A stretch of 55,117 nt of DNA from Ministeria vibrans ATCC 50519 (lineage: Eukaryota; Protista; Filasterea), in NCBI GenBank assembly GCA_943704425.1, contig CALSCP010000241.1, positions 1 through 55,117 on the forward strand. The letters are read 5' to 3'. The notes below the pieces were generated by a model. It was given only the letters and a program-made list of their open reading frames with translations, had not been told where the DNA came from and made no database searches. Shown here piece after piece: positions 16,724-28,153 of this stretch (position 1 is the first letter of the stretch; every line of letters begins with the position of its first letter). The position numbers and the translations under genes are program-made.

Positions 16724-17032
16724 GAGAACCGTCCGGAGAATTACAAAAAAAGATATCTAAATTGAGTAAATTCAAACCGTTTCAGTTTCATTGCTACGTC
16801 TTCTTATAATATTCTTTTTTTTTTTTACTAATGAAGTGCTTCTTCACTCTTATGTGAGTTATGTCTTATGAGTCTTATCACTTATCAGTTTATTTTAATT
16901 ATTTTATTATTTATTAATTTCATTTTACTATCATCTAAATTCTTAATTCATCTTTGACTCTTTGGACTTAGCACTACTAATAACAATCATAATATTTTTT
17001 TCAATTAATAGTGATTTTTCAAACGAAACAAA

Positions 17033-17998
17033 CTATGTACAGTGTACAAGAGCGCGCGCCTGCCGCTTAAACCGCTCAACCAGCTCAGCAGCAGGTACAC
17101 CCGACTCGCGCACCATGTCTACAGACTCGCCTGCAATCACAGGAGCGATAGTGTGATCACCAGCAGCGCGTGCCGCCAGTATTGTTTGTGAGAGCTCCGG
17201 TGTGACGCCTGTGACATTTGCTTCGTCTAGTACCGGCGATCGCATGGTGCGAATGGTAAATTCTTCGGGCCAGTCGGCACCAATCAAACGGTCGTAGGTG
17301 TTGCTCCGTTCTGTGGCATCGCCACTCGAGGCAACAAGTGTCTGTCTCATTGCACTGCTTGCCAGAGACTCGCGTGCCGTCATAAACGCCGTGCCCATCA
17401 GTGCACCGTGTGCACCAAGTGCAACAGCAGCCGCAACTCCCCGACCGTCGCCAATGCCGCCTGCAGCAAGGACCACGGCTGGCTCGCAGCCAGCGGCTGT
17501 CCCTCGCAGGAGCTCGAGCGCGTCGCACACAGCCGGCACCAGAGCCATGGTGCCACGGCCGCTCGCTCCATGCCCACCCGCCTCACTTCCCTGCGCAACA
17601 ATCACCTGCGCTCCCTCCCGATAAGCGGCGCGGGCCATGGCCACCGTCTGTACTTGTGCAATGAGTGGTACTCCGGCCGCCACAATTTTCGACGCAAACG
17701 GCTCCAAAGAGTGGTCAAATGAAAGCATAATGGCACTGGGACGCGCCGCCAGGGCTGTATCTAACACACCAGGGTTCTTACGCAGCGCCCATGTGATGAA
17801 TCCAATCCCAATACGACTCACATCGGCCGAATCTGTCAAGAGCTGCTCAACTTTCGCCGGTTCGCAATATGCTCCCCCAAGCATCCCTAGTCCACCCCCA
17901 GCACTGACAGCATCCGCCAGCCTCGCACCCGATACATTTGCCATGGGCGCAGACACAATCCAAGGACGCTGGCCCAAACGACGGCTCAATTGAAGCAT
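17033..17998 (-). CDS. Nitronate monooxygenase / 2-nitropropane dioxygenase family flavoprotein; intronless
   Basis: SAPMA...GARLADAVSAGGGLGMLG, IGIGFITW, AQGSEAGGHG and LAAGGIGDGRGVAAAVALGAHGALMGTAF. First ATG at 17998. Confidence 0.9.
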   Translation of the reverse strand: MLQLSRRLGQRPWIVSAPMANVSGARLADAVSAGGGLGMLGGAYCEPAKVEQLLTDSADVSRIGIGFITWALRKNPGVLDTALAARPSAIMLSFDHSLEPFASKIVAAGVPLIAQVQTVAMARAAYREGAQVIVAQGSEAGGHGASGRGTMALVPAVCDALELLRGTAAGCEPAVVLAAGGIGDGRGVAAAVALGAHGALMGTAFMTARESLASSAMRQTLVASSGDATERSNTYDRLIGADWPEEFTIRTMRSPVLDEANVTGVTPELSQTILAARAAGDHTIAPVIAGESVDMVRESGVPAAELVERFKRQARALVHCT

Positions 17999-18291
17999 GA
18001 AAAAAGTTTTACAATTGAACAGTGAACTTGTCAAAAATTATAATTATTACGTTTACAATAATTGAAGATTGCGACCATGATCTCTTGTAGCATGGTCACC
18101 CATCGCTCACCTGGGGGGATTATTTTACGTTGATTGTTGACTTTTTAAAAAGAAAGAGCACAGAAAGAGAGAACACTTCGAACACGAACTCTTCGCTTTG
18201 GTCTCTTTTCTACGTCTCTCAAAAAACGAAAAAAAAAAAATCTTTTTTTGACACAAAGAGAAATGTATTATGGTGCATGGTTGAGGGAGGT

Positions 18292-18786
18292 TTAGAAGCG
18301 GAGCTTCTGGAAGAACCAGCGGTTCTTGCCAGAGACGTAACGCTCGGCGAGCAGCTTCTTGAGCTCCTTGCGGGCCTTGCTCTTGGCGGCGGCGTCCTTG
18401 ACGGTGTCCTTGTTGACCACACTGCGGATGCTGGCAGACTCGTTCTTGGCCTCGACGTCAATCGTGTATCGGGTGGGCATCATGTGGTTGTAGTTGACAA
18501 TCTTGACAAAAGGCTTCAAGGTGCTGCGCTGCTTGATCTTCTTCTTGCTCATGCCACGCGAGACCTTGCGGGGAGCTCTGTCGACACCAGCAACCAATGC
18601 GTGTCCGTAAGGTCGCTCAGAGTCACCTTGAAACGCCGAGCGAGACGAGCGTGAGTACACAGCCAGAGTGGTCTCTCTCTATGTGATCTTACCATCGTCG
18701 TAGTTCTTGACAATGACAGCCTTCTTGCCGGCGAAGCGGCCGCTGAGGACGATGACGACCTTTCCAGACTTAAGGAATTTACCCAT
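18292..18786 (-). CDS. RPL27: 60S ribosomal protein eL27
   Basis: [32 protein letters not shown], one short intron (~18629-18691), then [18 protein letters not shown]...[10 protein letters not shown]...[12 protein letters not shown]. There is also a probable 5'UTR intron just upstream of the ATG. Confidence 0.97.
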
Positions 18787-19547
18787 AACCTAGCAGTACG
18801 CACAAGAGAGAGAGAGCGAGATGGTACGTGAGCGGGTGCGTGTGTGTGAAGATGTGAAAGGACCAAATCAACGAAAAAAAAAAAAAAATCTCGTGCACGT
18901 GTAAGCAACGCACAGAGCCCACTCTACGCGACATAGTGCAGTGGATAGGTTCACGATGGCGAAAAGACGCCAACAAAGGGCAAAGACGCGCGATTTGGCG
19001 CTGGCGGGCGGAGGGTCGCGAACGAAAAAATCAGAGAGGAACGAGAAAAGCCAAAAAAAAAAAGACACCACAGACAGATGCAAGGCGCGAAGCAGCCAGA
19101 CGCCTCTGTCGCGTGCCGTAGTGGCCACCGGCGTGCATGCGTACCACAACTAGCAGCAGACCAGACATACTTTTTTTTTATTTCTCTCTCTCTCTCTCTC
19201 TCACTTCCAGAGTAAGAGAGCCCTTAACGAGGCTTGGATGGGTAGAATGAGGGCACATCGCAAGTGCAGATGCAAACGAGAAACGCGTGGGGACGGCAGG
19301 GGGTCGATAGGAGCGAGGGGGAGTCAGCCACGATGAAAATGCCGACCGTTTGATCCGTTTGGGGTCAGCGAGCCGCGTCGCACGCTCGCATTTGCAACCA
19401 CACGATGCGATAGATCCACATAACCCCAGCACGCGGCCGAGTGGCAACCGAAAGCACCGTTAAAGTACAGGTTCGGACGACAAGAGAGAGATGCCATTAA
19501 GACTGACATTGCGCGCATTGGCGGTGGTGCGTTTCTAACCGAGTGGG

Positions 19548-19791
19548 NNNNNNNNNNNNNNNNNNNNNNNNNNNNNNNNNNNNNNNNNNNNNNNNNNNNN
19601 NNNNNNNNNNNNNNNNNNNNNNNNNNNNNNNNNNNNNNNNNNNNNNNNNNNNNNNNNNNNNNNNNNNNNNNNNNNNNNNNNNNNNNNNNNNNNNNNNNNN
19701 NNNNNNNNNNNNNNNNNNNNNNNNNNNNNNNNNNNNNNNNNNNNNNNNNNNNNNNNNNNNNNNNNNNNNNNNNNNNNNNNNNNNNNNNNNN
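19548..19791. other. Assembly gap (N run)
   Basis: About 244 N. Smaller gaps lie at 3103-3110, 15413-15422 and 43022-43031. Confidence 1.
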
Positions 19792-19792
19792 N

Positions 19793-19885
<93 letters not shown>

Positions 19886-20075
19886 CTTTGTTTCTTTCTC
19901 CCTTCTCTCTCTCTCTATCACTTTGTTTCTTTCTCTCTCTCTCTATCACTAATTTGTTTCTTTTTCCCTCCTTTCTCTCTCTCTCTCTCTATCACTTTGT
20001 TTCTTTCTCCCTCCTTTCTCTCTCTCTCTCTTCACTTTGTGTTTTTCTCTCACACACTCTCTCTATCACCCTGTT
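19793..20075. repeat. (CT)n microsatellite with repeated TATCACTTTGTTTCT units
   Basis: Several exact and degenerate copies are directly visible. Confidence 0.95.
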
Positions 20076-20102
20076 ACTTTCTCCTTCCTCTTTCGTGTGC
20101 AG

Positions 20103-20248
20103 AATTCCAAGAAGCATTACAGGCAAAGCGAGTCGCAGCTTCTGAGGCTCGCAAAAAGAAAATTGCCGAGAAGAAGGCAGAGAAGGACGCGTCGAGCGAG
20201 GGGGCTGCTGTTGCAGCTTCTACCTCGGAAGTGCCCACTCAAGAATAA
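20103..20248 (+). CDS. Orphan terminal exon of an unidentified gene; upstream exons lost in or beyond the N gap
   Basis: A CT-rich intron ending TGCAG is followed by EFQEALQAKRVAASEARKKKIAEKKAEKDASSEG...QE* and then an AT-rich 3' region. Confidence 0.55.
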
Positions 20249-20326
20249 TCTGTAATATTTAGTAAAATAATCAATGATCAAGCCCTCTGTAAATTGAAAA
20301 ACTAGAACAACAATTATTAATACACT

Positions 20327-23300
20327 TTATACACCTGCATCCATCGCAACTACGCCCTCCTCGGCAGTCTCGCCCACATCACCCTCGTCGCTCCGCTTCG
20401 TCTCCGCCGCTCTCTTCTTTTTCTCCTCCTCCTCCTCCTCCGCAATCCGCTTCTTCTCCGCTGCCTCGCGCTTCCGCTCCGCCTCTGCCCTCGCCTTCGC
20501 CTCCTCCTTCAACGCCTGCTTCTCGGCCGCCACTCGCTCCGCTTCCGCCTTGGCAATCTCAGCCGCAATTTTCTCATACCCTTTGATCTAAAAAAATAAA
20601 GTCCGAATAAGTATTCTTCGTACGCGCACAAATACAAAGACAAGACAAATTATTACCTTTGCGATAAAGAACTGGTACACATTGCGCAGCTGAGTCATGC
20701 TCTGGGCGTCGGCAGTGCCCTCGGACGCGCTTGTGCCGCGTCGAACGCACGACAGCCGCCACATCCACTGGCACAGCTCAGCGCCCTCCGCCTCACTCAC
20801 CGGCAACGTTGAGTTGCCATAGACGTACGTGGGGTGCTTGTCGTTGACAAACCACGCGTCCGCCACCACCATTCCCACCTCGTCCACTTCGCGCATCAGC
20901 GTCTCCTGCGCCTCCACCGTCCGCTCCCGTGCACACCACTGCTGTGCACACTCGTCCACTCCTGCCGCGTTCATAGTCTCCACTGTCTCTTCTGCTGCCG
21001 CCTTGCCCTCCGCCACCAACTGTTCACGTGCCAATCGCCGCGTCAGCTCAGTCGCAATCGCACAAACACTCTGGTTCACGCGCGACACACAATCCGCCAA
21101 CGAGCTCATCGTCTGGTTGTGGCGGTTCGCGTCGCTCGTGTGATACCGTCCTGTCCCGCCCGAAGCCAAGCCTGTCGCCGTACCGCCCATCGCCGAGTGA
21201 GCCGTGCCTGCGGACGACGACGACACCGGCCCGCTCGTGCTGCTCTGTCGCCGCAAGTCCTTGAGACGCATGTCTGAGTTGAGCTGCAAGTGAATAAGGG
21301 CAAGCACTCCGCGCAGCGCGTGCAGTCCCCGATACGGATGGGCGCGCCGCAGTCGCGCCTGCAACTGTTCGTCGGTTAGTAAGCGAATAAGATGCAGCAC
21401 CGTGCGATGGTTCATGTTGAGCCAGCGACCTGGCAGGTTCCCACCCAGCTGGTAGTGATCATCGCTGCACGAGTAGGTGTTCACAATGGCGTACGTGACC
21501 CGCTGCGGATTGATGCGCGTGCGTGGCACCAAATCTTCAACACGCTTTGCTTTCAGGAGCGTCAACAGCAGCTCAAGCGCCCGCTCGTGGTGTCGCACGC
21601 TCGCCTCGTCCGAGTGCAGCTTGGACAGCCGCAGTACACGCCACGAGTCCCGCTTGCCCCGCTCCACCTCAAGTGCCGCCGCAAGTTGGTTTGCTGCCAC
21701 GCGCACCACTTGCCGTCGTGTACACACTTGTCGCTCCGAATCCTCGTCGCACACTTCAATCGTCTTCGCTCGACCATAGCGGTACACAAACGGCACAAGT
21801 CCACCCGTGTCCGTCGCCAAATCCTCCCATGCAATCTCATCTATAGTAGCAATAGCAGTCGTTCCTTCGCCCTGTGTCTTGCCACTGTCACTCGCACGCT
21901 GCCCCACCTTTACTCTTTCCCCCTCTCCCTCCTCCTTCTCCTTCTCCTCCTCCTCTTCCTCCTCCTCCTCCTCTTCCTCGCCTTCCTCTTCTTCAACTGC
22001 CTCCCCAAAGTCCATCACGCGCCATCGACGCGAGCGCGCCAAATACGACGCCTCCTCTTCATCATACATCACACTCAGGGCAGTGTCCACCACTCGTCGT
22101 GCCGCACCGCCACAAGGCAGTCCCGCCAATTTCACAGCCGAGCTGAACAATCGATGCTGATAAAGATACCTTTGTGGTGAGTCCGGGTCGTGGTCCTGCT
22201 TGCACACCAGCTCCAAGGCCCGTCGATACGAAAGCAGAATCATCCGCACCGTCTCCACATGCCCTACCCCGGGCGCACCCACGTCGTAGCGCCGCAACAG
22301 CTTCTCCATCGACTTACCATACAAATACTCGCCTTCAGCACTCTCCGTCTCGCACGTGATCAGTCCCTACATCAAGTTGTACCAGAGTCAAAACAGCAGG
22401 GCCTTTTTCAATTTTTATTTTGGTGGGGGAGGGGTTCTATTTTATCTCAAACTATAGTGCGTACCGAGAGAAGAGATACGTTAAACTGGAGTAGTAACTG
22501 AGGTTGCAGAATCTGTTCGAGTCCCTCAACTTCGTCGGGACCATGCAAAAGAATCAGTTGACGCCTGCGTGTTGCCAGGGTGTACAGCAGACTCGCATAG
22601 CAAATGACAAGATCGTGCACATCCGGGTCGTCGTCATCACGCTCATCATCATCACTGTCCGACTCACTGTTCTCCGCGTTGTTGTTGCTTCTGTTGTTGC
22701 TGTGGTCCGTCTCCACACTTGCATGACTGGCACCGCGCGGCAACGTTGTTGCACTCTTGCTGGTGGTCTGTTGGCGACGTGTGCGCGTCGGCGAAGTCAA
22801 ATCCTTACCACTGTCATCCCACCACTCGGCGGAGGCTCGCGCACACACGATGCTGCGATGGAAGCAGTACAGTGCACGACGAACCACCTGCAAAATACGC
22901 TGCTGCGGCTGATTCGCACCGGCACGACCATTGTGTGATGGTGGCACATCCAGCAACATATCCAAGTAGGCACACAGCTCACTGCGGTACGCCTCTGCCG
23001 CCAAATACCAATGGCGCCATTCAGTCGGTGCCATCAGCGCGCACTGTTGGTGCGATTCGCGGCGGTCATGAAGCACCGTCCGCGCCACAACCTTGTCCTT
23101 GCGTTGTGCAAGTGCCTTCGTGTCCAAGTATTTACCCAAGAACGCCCGAGCGCGAAGCATAAACCTTGCGTGGTCCTCTGCGTTCGCCTGGTCCAGGTCT
23201 ACCACCGGCAAAAAAAAGCCTGCGCTCGTCCTTGTGTTAGGCTCCGGTTGCCACGACGCGCCATTGCAAATGACATCGAGAACGGGAAAGGTGTCCATGT

Positions 23301-26300
23301 CGACGTAGAGGGCACGGTAAGCTCGGAACAAGCCGGGCGCGTCGTCTCCATCGTGCACGTCCGAGCGCATCATTCGTCTCGCACACTGAAACGCGGCCCG
23401 ATCGAGCAACGCATTCGTGTCCACACCCTCATCATCGCGCACCAAGTAGCAACCGTCCTCGCTGGGCCCACCATACAGCGGCACTTGCATCAGCAGTCCC
23501 AACAGCAGCACCAAGACAAGGCGTCGGTCGTAAATGTCCACCTCACCATTGTACAGCAGCTCGCAGTAGCGGCGCAGTAGCGGTGCCCACGTCATGTCCA
23601 CCGACTTGCGCACTTTCGTCTGGTGGTCGGTCCACTCGCTCTGAGGCGGTCGCTTGTTCGGTGTGCCCACCAGGCAGTAGAAGGTCTGCCGTAACGACGC
23701 GTGCGCCATGTCCAACAGTGTCTCCACGTACTCCAACTGCTCCTCTGCATTTAACTGTTGGCGTCGTTGCGGCCGAGTCTTCTGTCGTTCCTTCTCATGT
23801 TTAGCACGGCGTTTCTCCTCTAACTCTTCCTTCCGTTGACGTTTCTTCCCGCGCTTCTTCGCCTCTTGCGCCCCCTCCTCATTCCCGCTCGTATTTGGTA
23901 TCGTCGGCGGCTGTATCGTATTCCAAATGCATTTAAGGTCACTAGACAACCCATCGAGTTCTCCGCTCTCACTGTTGGCCCTCTCAACAACCATGTCGTT
24001 AGCGGGCTCCTCTCCAACCGTCTCCTCCTCCTCCTCCTCCTCCTCCTCCTCTTCATCATCATCATCATCCTCCACTTCTTCTTCTTCTTCCTCCTCCTCT
24101 TCGTCGTCGTGCTTGTCTTCATCATCCGTGTCACTCTGCTCGCCAGACACATTCAAAGTCGACAAAAACTCGTTTGGTCCTTCACCAGTCCAATCGAGTT
24201 TCACCCACTGTACATCGTCCGCTCCGCCCGCACCAGACGCATCGATCTCTGTAATCCCCCCTGTCGTCCCATCGTCACGCATCTTCTTCAGCTTCTGGTG
24301 TGCACACAAAAAGACGCGTGCACACATTTGCAAAAAGACGCCGTTGGCCAAGTGGCAACAGTGAGCGCGTGCAACGCAGCCCAACTCGTTGTGGACCAAC
24401 GCCAAAAAGCCAAAGGGCATGATACCGTGCGAAGCCTCGTCGCCCAGTCGACCCGACAGCCGACACCGATCGCCTGCGCCACCCATGTCCCCCATACTCA
24501 TGCGACTGTGCCCCTCCTCAGCGTACGAATCAACACCATTCGCCATCATAGTGGTGGTCGCCGTGGCATTCGCAGTGAGGCTCTGATCGTCGTGGAGAAT
24601 GCGCTTCACACACAGATACAGAGTCATCCACGCCCACAACGGTAGCTCGCGTGTCTTGCTGCTGCTAATCGATGTGGCAACAGCTGCCACACTACACAGT
24701 CGCGCAAAAACAGGTGTTCGCAGTCGTGTCAAAATGGTACTGTCCGTGACACTCACAGCACCATGCGGCTCGACAGTCTCCACCACCGATCGGAGAGCCT
24801 CACAGAGACGCTTCGTGAGCGCCGTCGTCTGTTTCGCTGTGGCAGAAGTGAGGGTGGCAGACGACGACGACGACGACGATGACGACGACGACAAGGGGCC
24901 TTTGCCATGGGCGTGTACAACATGACCACGCCAGTTGCCGTGGCGTGACTCCGTCACCCCAATGCTGTAACCCAGCTTGTCAAGAAGCTCAACCATTTCG
25001 CCAACAAGACTCTCCAGCAATGTCAGATGGTTGCTGCACTCCCGACACGAGTCCTGCAGCATCGCCCACAAATTGATAGGATCCACCGTGGCCGTTGTGT
25101 GTCGCCCTTCGTCGATGCCTGCCGCAAAGGCAGTCGCTGGCAAGAGACGCGAGACAAGGGCAAGGGCGGCCGTCGAACGAACGGTGGTTGTCGTCGGGGA
25201 AGCCGCCGTGGCGGAGGCGGAGGGGAAATCGGACCCGGGCTTGTCGGATGAACGCAACACACGCTCGAGCAGACCGATGACTTCGGCGTGTTTGCCAGCC
25301 TTGTACTTTTCGCGACACAGCAGCAGACTTGAAATAGCCTCGACGAGCGGACGCATCAAGTCTACATCGATAAAGCTTGCTGAAGCGTCAAAAGGCGGTG
25401 GAACACAGTCATCCGATTGGGACACACACATGCTCGCAAGCGTCAATGCCTCTTCGACATTGCCATCGCCGAGCGCCGCAAAAGCACGCAAATGTGCCAT
25501 GCGCAACATCAAACTCCGGCCCCACACGTCTGCCCTGCCAACCCGGTTGGGATCGGCGGCACTTATCAGCGGCGTTGTTGTTGTCGTCTCGTTGATGTCT
25601 CCAATGGTACACAGACTCGCGTGAAAGGCGCGTTGCATTGCCCCCAGTGTCTTAGGCAAGTGTTGGAAGAGCTTGAGTCGCGACTCGCCCAGAGACTGTT
25701 GCTGCTGCTGCTGTTGATGCTGTTCGCCAAAAACAATGTGTAAGTCGCGTTGAAGCGCCAACTCAGCCCCAAGCACATGCTCAAAAAGACGCGTCTGTAG
25801 CACAACAATGGCAGGATCGCCTTGGTACCGTCCCGAGCGTTCCACACCACTCGGCGCATGCCATCGACTGACGCGCTCGTGCAACTCAAGAAACACCGAG
25901 GCGGGCGAGTCGACGGTACGACACTGTGCAAGCTCTGTCTCACGCTCGTTCCGCAACGCAAAGAGATCGCGCGCCGCAAAGGCGCTGCAATAGACACGTG
26001 CCAGACTCACAATGTTGTCAAAGCGCTTCGGATCGTAGAAGTCGTAGTCACACTCGTGTTCGCGGCGCATCAGACGCAACATGAGTTGCGCAACTTCCGT
26101 GCGCTCTTCATCGGAGATCAAGTCGTCGCCGTCCGTGCCCGTCATGCTGTCCTCATTCAGAACGTCCAAATGGCGTGCGCGTTTGCGACTGCGCTCCATC
26201 GCGCTGCCACTGCTTCCACCCCCACTGCTGGAAGCACGGTCTTCGCCAAGCACCATCTCGACGAGCCACGAGGGCATAAAGGCATGCAGCTCCCGTGCAA

Positions 26301-27953
26301 ACGCATCCTGCCGTGTGTCGCGCACAGGTTGCTGCCGTCGACGCAGAACTTGTGGTGGATTGGTGGAGACAGAAGTCATCGTGACCCTGGTAGATGTAGC
26401 AGGAGTGACAGTGGCGCTGCTCCCGTTGTGGTTTTGGTATGTCGATGGGCGCACCCACGCATTGCCAAGGGGTACATCATCTCCAGGGGATGCGTACGGT
26501 TCAAAATCCACTTCGAGTACTACTGGTTGCGACATGATGTCGAGAAATGAATCGCGGCTATCAAAAAGAATAAAAAAATTAATAATAATTTATAAAGTAA
26601 TATTGATAATAATATAAGAATTAACAAGGAAAGCCAATAGCATAGCAATTAATGTCCCTTGTGTTTGTTTCGTTACGTATTGGAAGAAGCGGTTACGGTA
26701 TCTTTCGAGGCGGTCTTGCTTGCTCGCTCAAGATCTTTCCAGGCGCGCAGCAGAGCTGAGCCGAGTGCGCGCCATGAGACAGTTTCGCATTGAATCACCT
26801 GGAAACGAAGTGAAAAACAAAAAAGCCCCATTGGTCAGAACATAATAGAGTGTTCTCTTCACGAATAGATAAGAGTGACTTACAAGTGGGCTGACTTCAG
26901 GGGGAATGTAGTGGGGAACGTCAGTCCACGAAGGCTGCTGAAGGTACTCTGCGGGCACCTGATGGTTGCCAAAGAAGAAGCGCAGCTCGCGATGGAACTC
27001 GGCAACGCCCATTGGTGGATCGCCGGGGAGCAAGGATGCGTTGGGGGAGGTGTGCAATGAGGTGTCATCGACAGCAAACAATGAAGAAGTGTCGATGGCG
27101 GCAAAGATGCGCTTGGCTTCGGCAGCGTCCCAGCGAAACGCGTTGCAGCATGTCTCACGCGCAAAGGGGTGGTGTGGGTCCTCGGCGAGGATGTGACTGG
27201 CAATGGTCGCGGCAGCAAAGAGGTCGCGAGTGCACCGAAGACACAGGAGTAGCATGTCGGCGGCAGAGGTGCTGGCTGGAGACAGACGCAATGCCTGATG
27301 CAGGGCGAAGCGAGCGAGCGAGATCAGGTAACGCGACTCGGCGTCGACACTCGCACCGCGCAGTGCGTAGTTGCCCAGCTTGGCCCAGAGCTGCGCGTCG
27401 TTCGAGTCAACTCGAAGAGCTTCCGATAGCATTCTGGTGGCGCGGCGGTAGTCATGGCGCGGCCCAGTGGCGAGGACGGTCGCGGCATTGCGATGGACCA
27501 GAAGGCGCAAACGCAACGACGTTTCGCTGTCCTCCCACAGCAACTCGGTGGTCAACAAGTCTTCGTACAGCGCCAAAGCACCCTCATGCTCGCCGCTTCC
27601 TTGCAGCCTGAGTGCCTTTTCGTACGCCAGCACACATTGTGATTCCTGCACGAAGAGCAAAACGGTTGAGCGCTGAGCGGAGCGCAAAACGACTAACGAC
27701 CCCATGGCGCCTCACACACGCCACGCACACAGTAGACACGTCCAATGACGTCTCAACCACAGATGGGCCTCTGCTGACTGCGTTTGAGTGTGCGGTTGGC
27801 GAAACACACAACACAACGAAATGAGAACGGTCTCACCTCAAACTCTTTCGTTATGTTATCGTCGGCCGATGTGTCGACCGGCACGTCCACCAACGAAGCA
27901 TTTGAGTCGTCGTCGACAACGTCGTTCAACGACGCCAGTCCAAACAGGGCCAT
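20327..27953 (-). CDS. CABIN1: CABIN1/Hir3-like TPR protein (HIRA histone chaperone complex); about 6 exons
   Basis: The N-terminus MALFGLASLN...ITKEFEESQCVLAYEKALRLQ...LYEDLL matches the CABIN1 start pattern ([20 protein letters not shown]). It has TPRs (DAQLWAKLG...LARFAL) and the internal motifs HNELG...HCCHLANGVFL and QTFYCLVGTP. ORFs 26728-27705, 22447-26535, 20588-22324 and 20327-20533 are colinear and joined by short introns. Confidence 0.78.
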
Positions 27954-28153
27954 GGATATAATATTATGAGTGTAGTAATCAACTAGTCAAGTTTTTTGAA
28001 GAATAAAGTCTATGAACTAATCGCTAATACTATTCTTGTGTGCACTAATTCATTTCACGAACCAATATTCAAATTTATTTCAAAATCGACTACAGCTTTC
28101 GATTCTCTATTTATTTTCTTATTCAAAAATGTATTATAGTATATTAACGTTTT

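Noticed and set aside
18925-18950. ATCCACTGCACT resembling U1 snRNA stem-loop II
   Set aside because: No 5' ACUUACCUG, no stem-loop I GAUCACGAAG and no properly placed Sm site.
19079-19245. Possible rhodanese-like CRSGHR exon on the plus strand
   Set aside because: No GT-AG splice keeps an open frame into the following segment.
19372-19384. 13-mer GCCGCGTCGCACG shared with 36437-36449
   Set aside because: Chance 13-mer matches are expected many times in 55 kb of GC-rich sequence, so this is insufficient evidence of a family.
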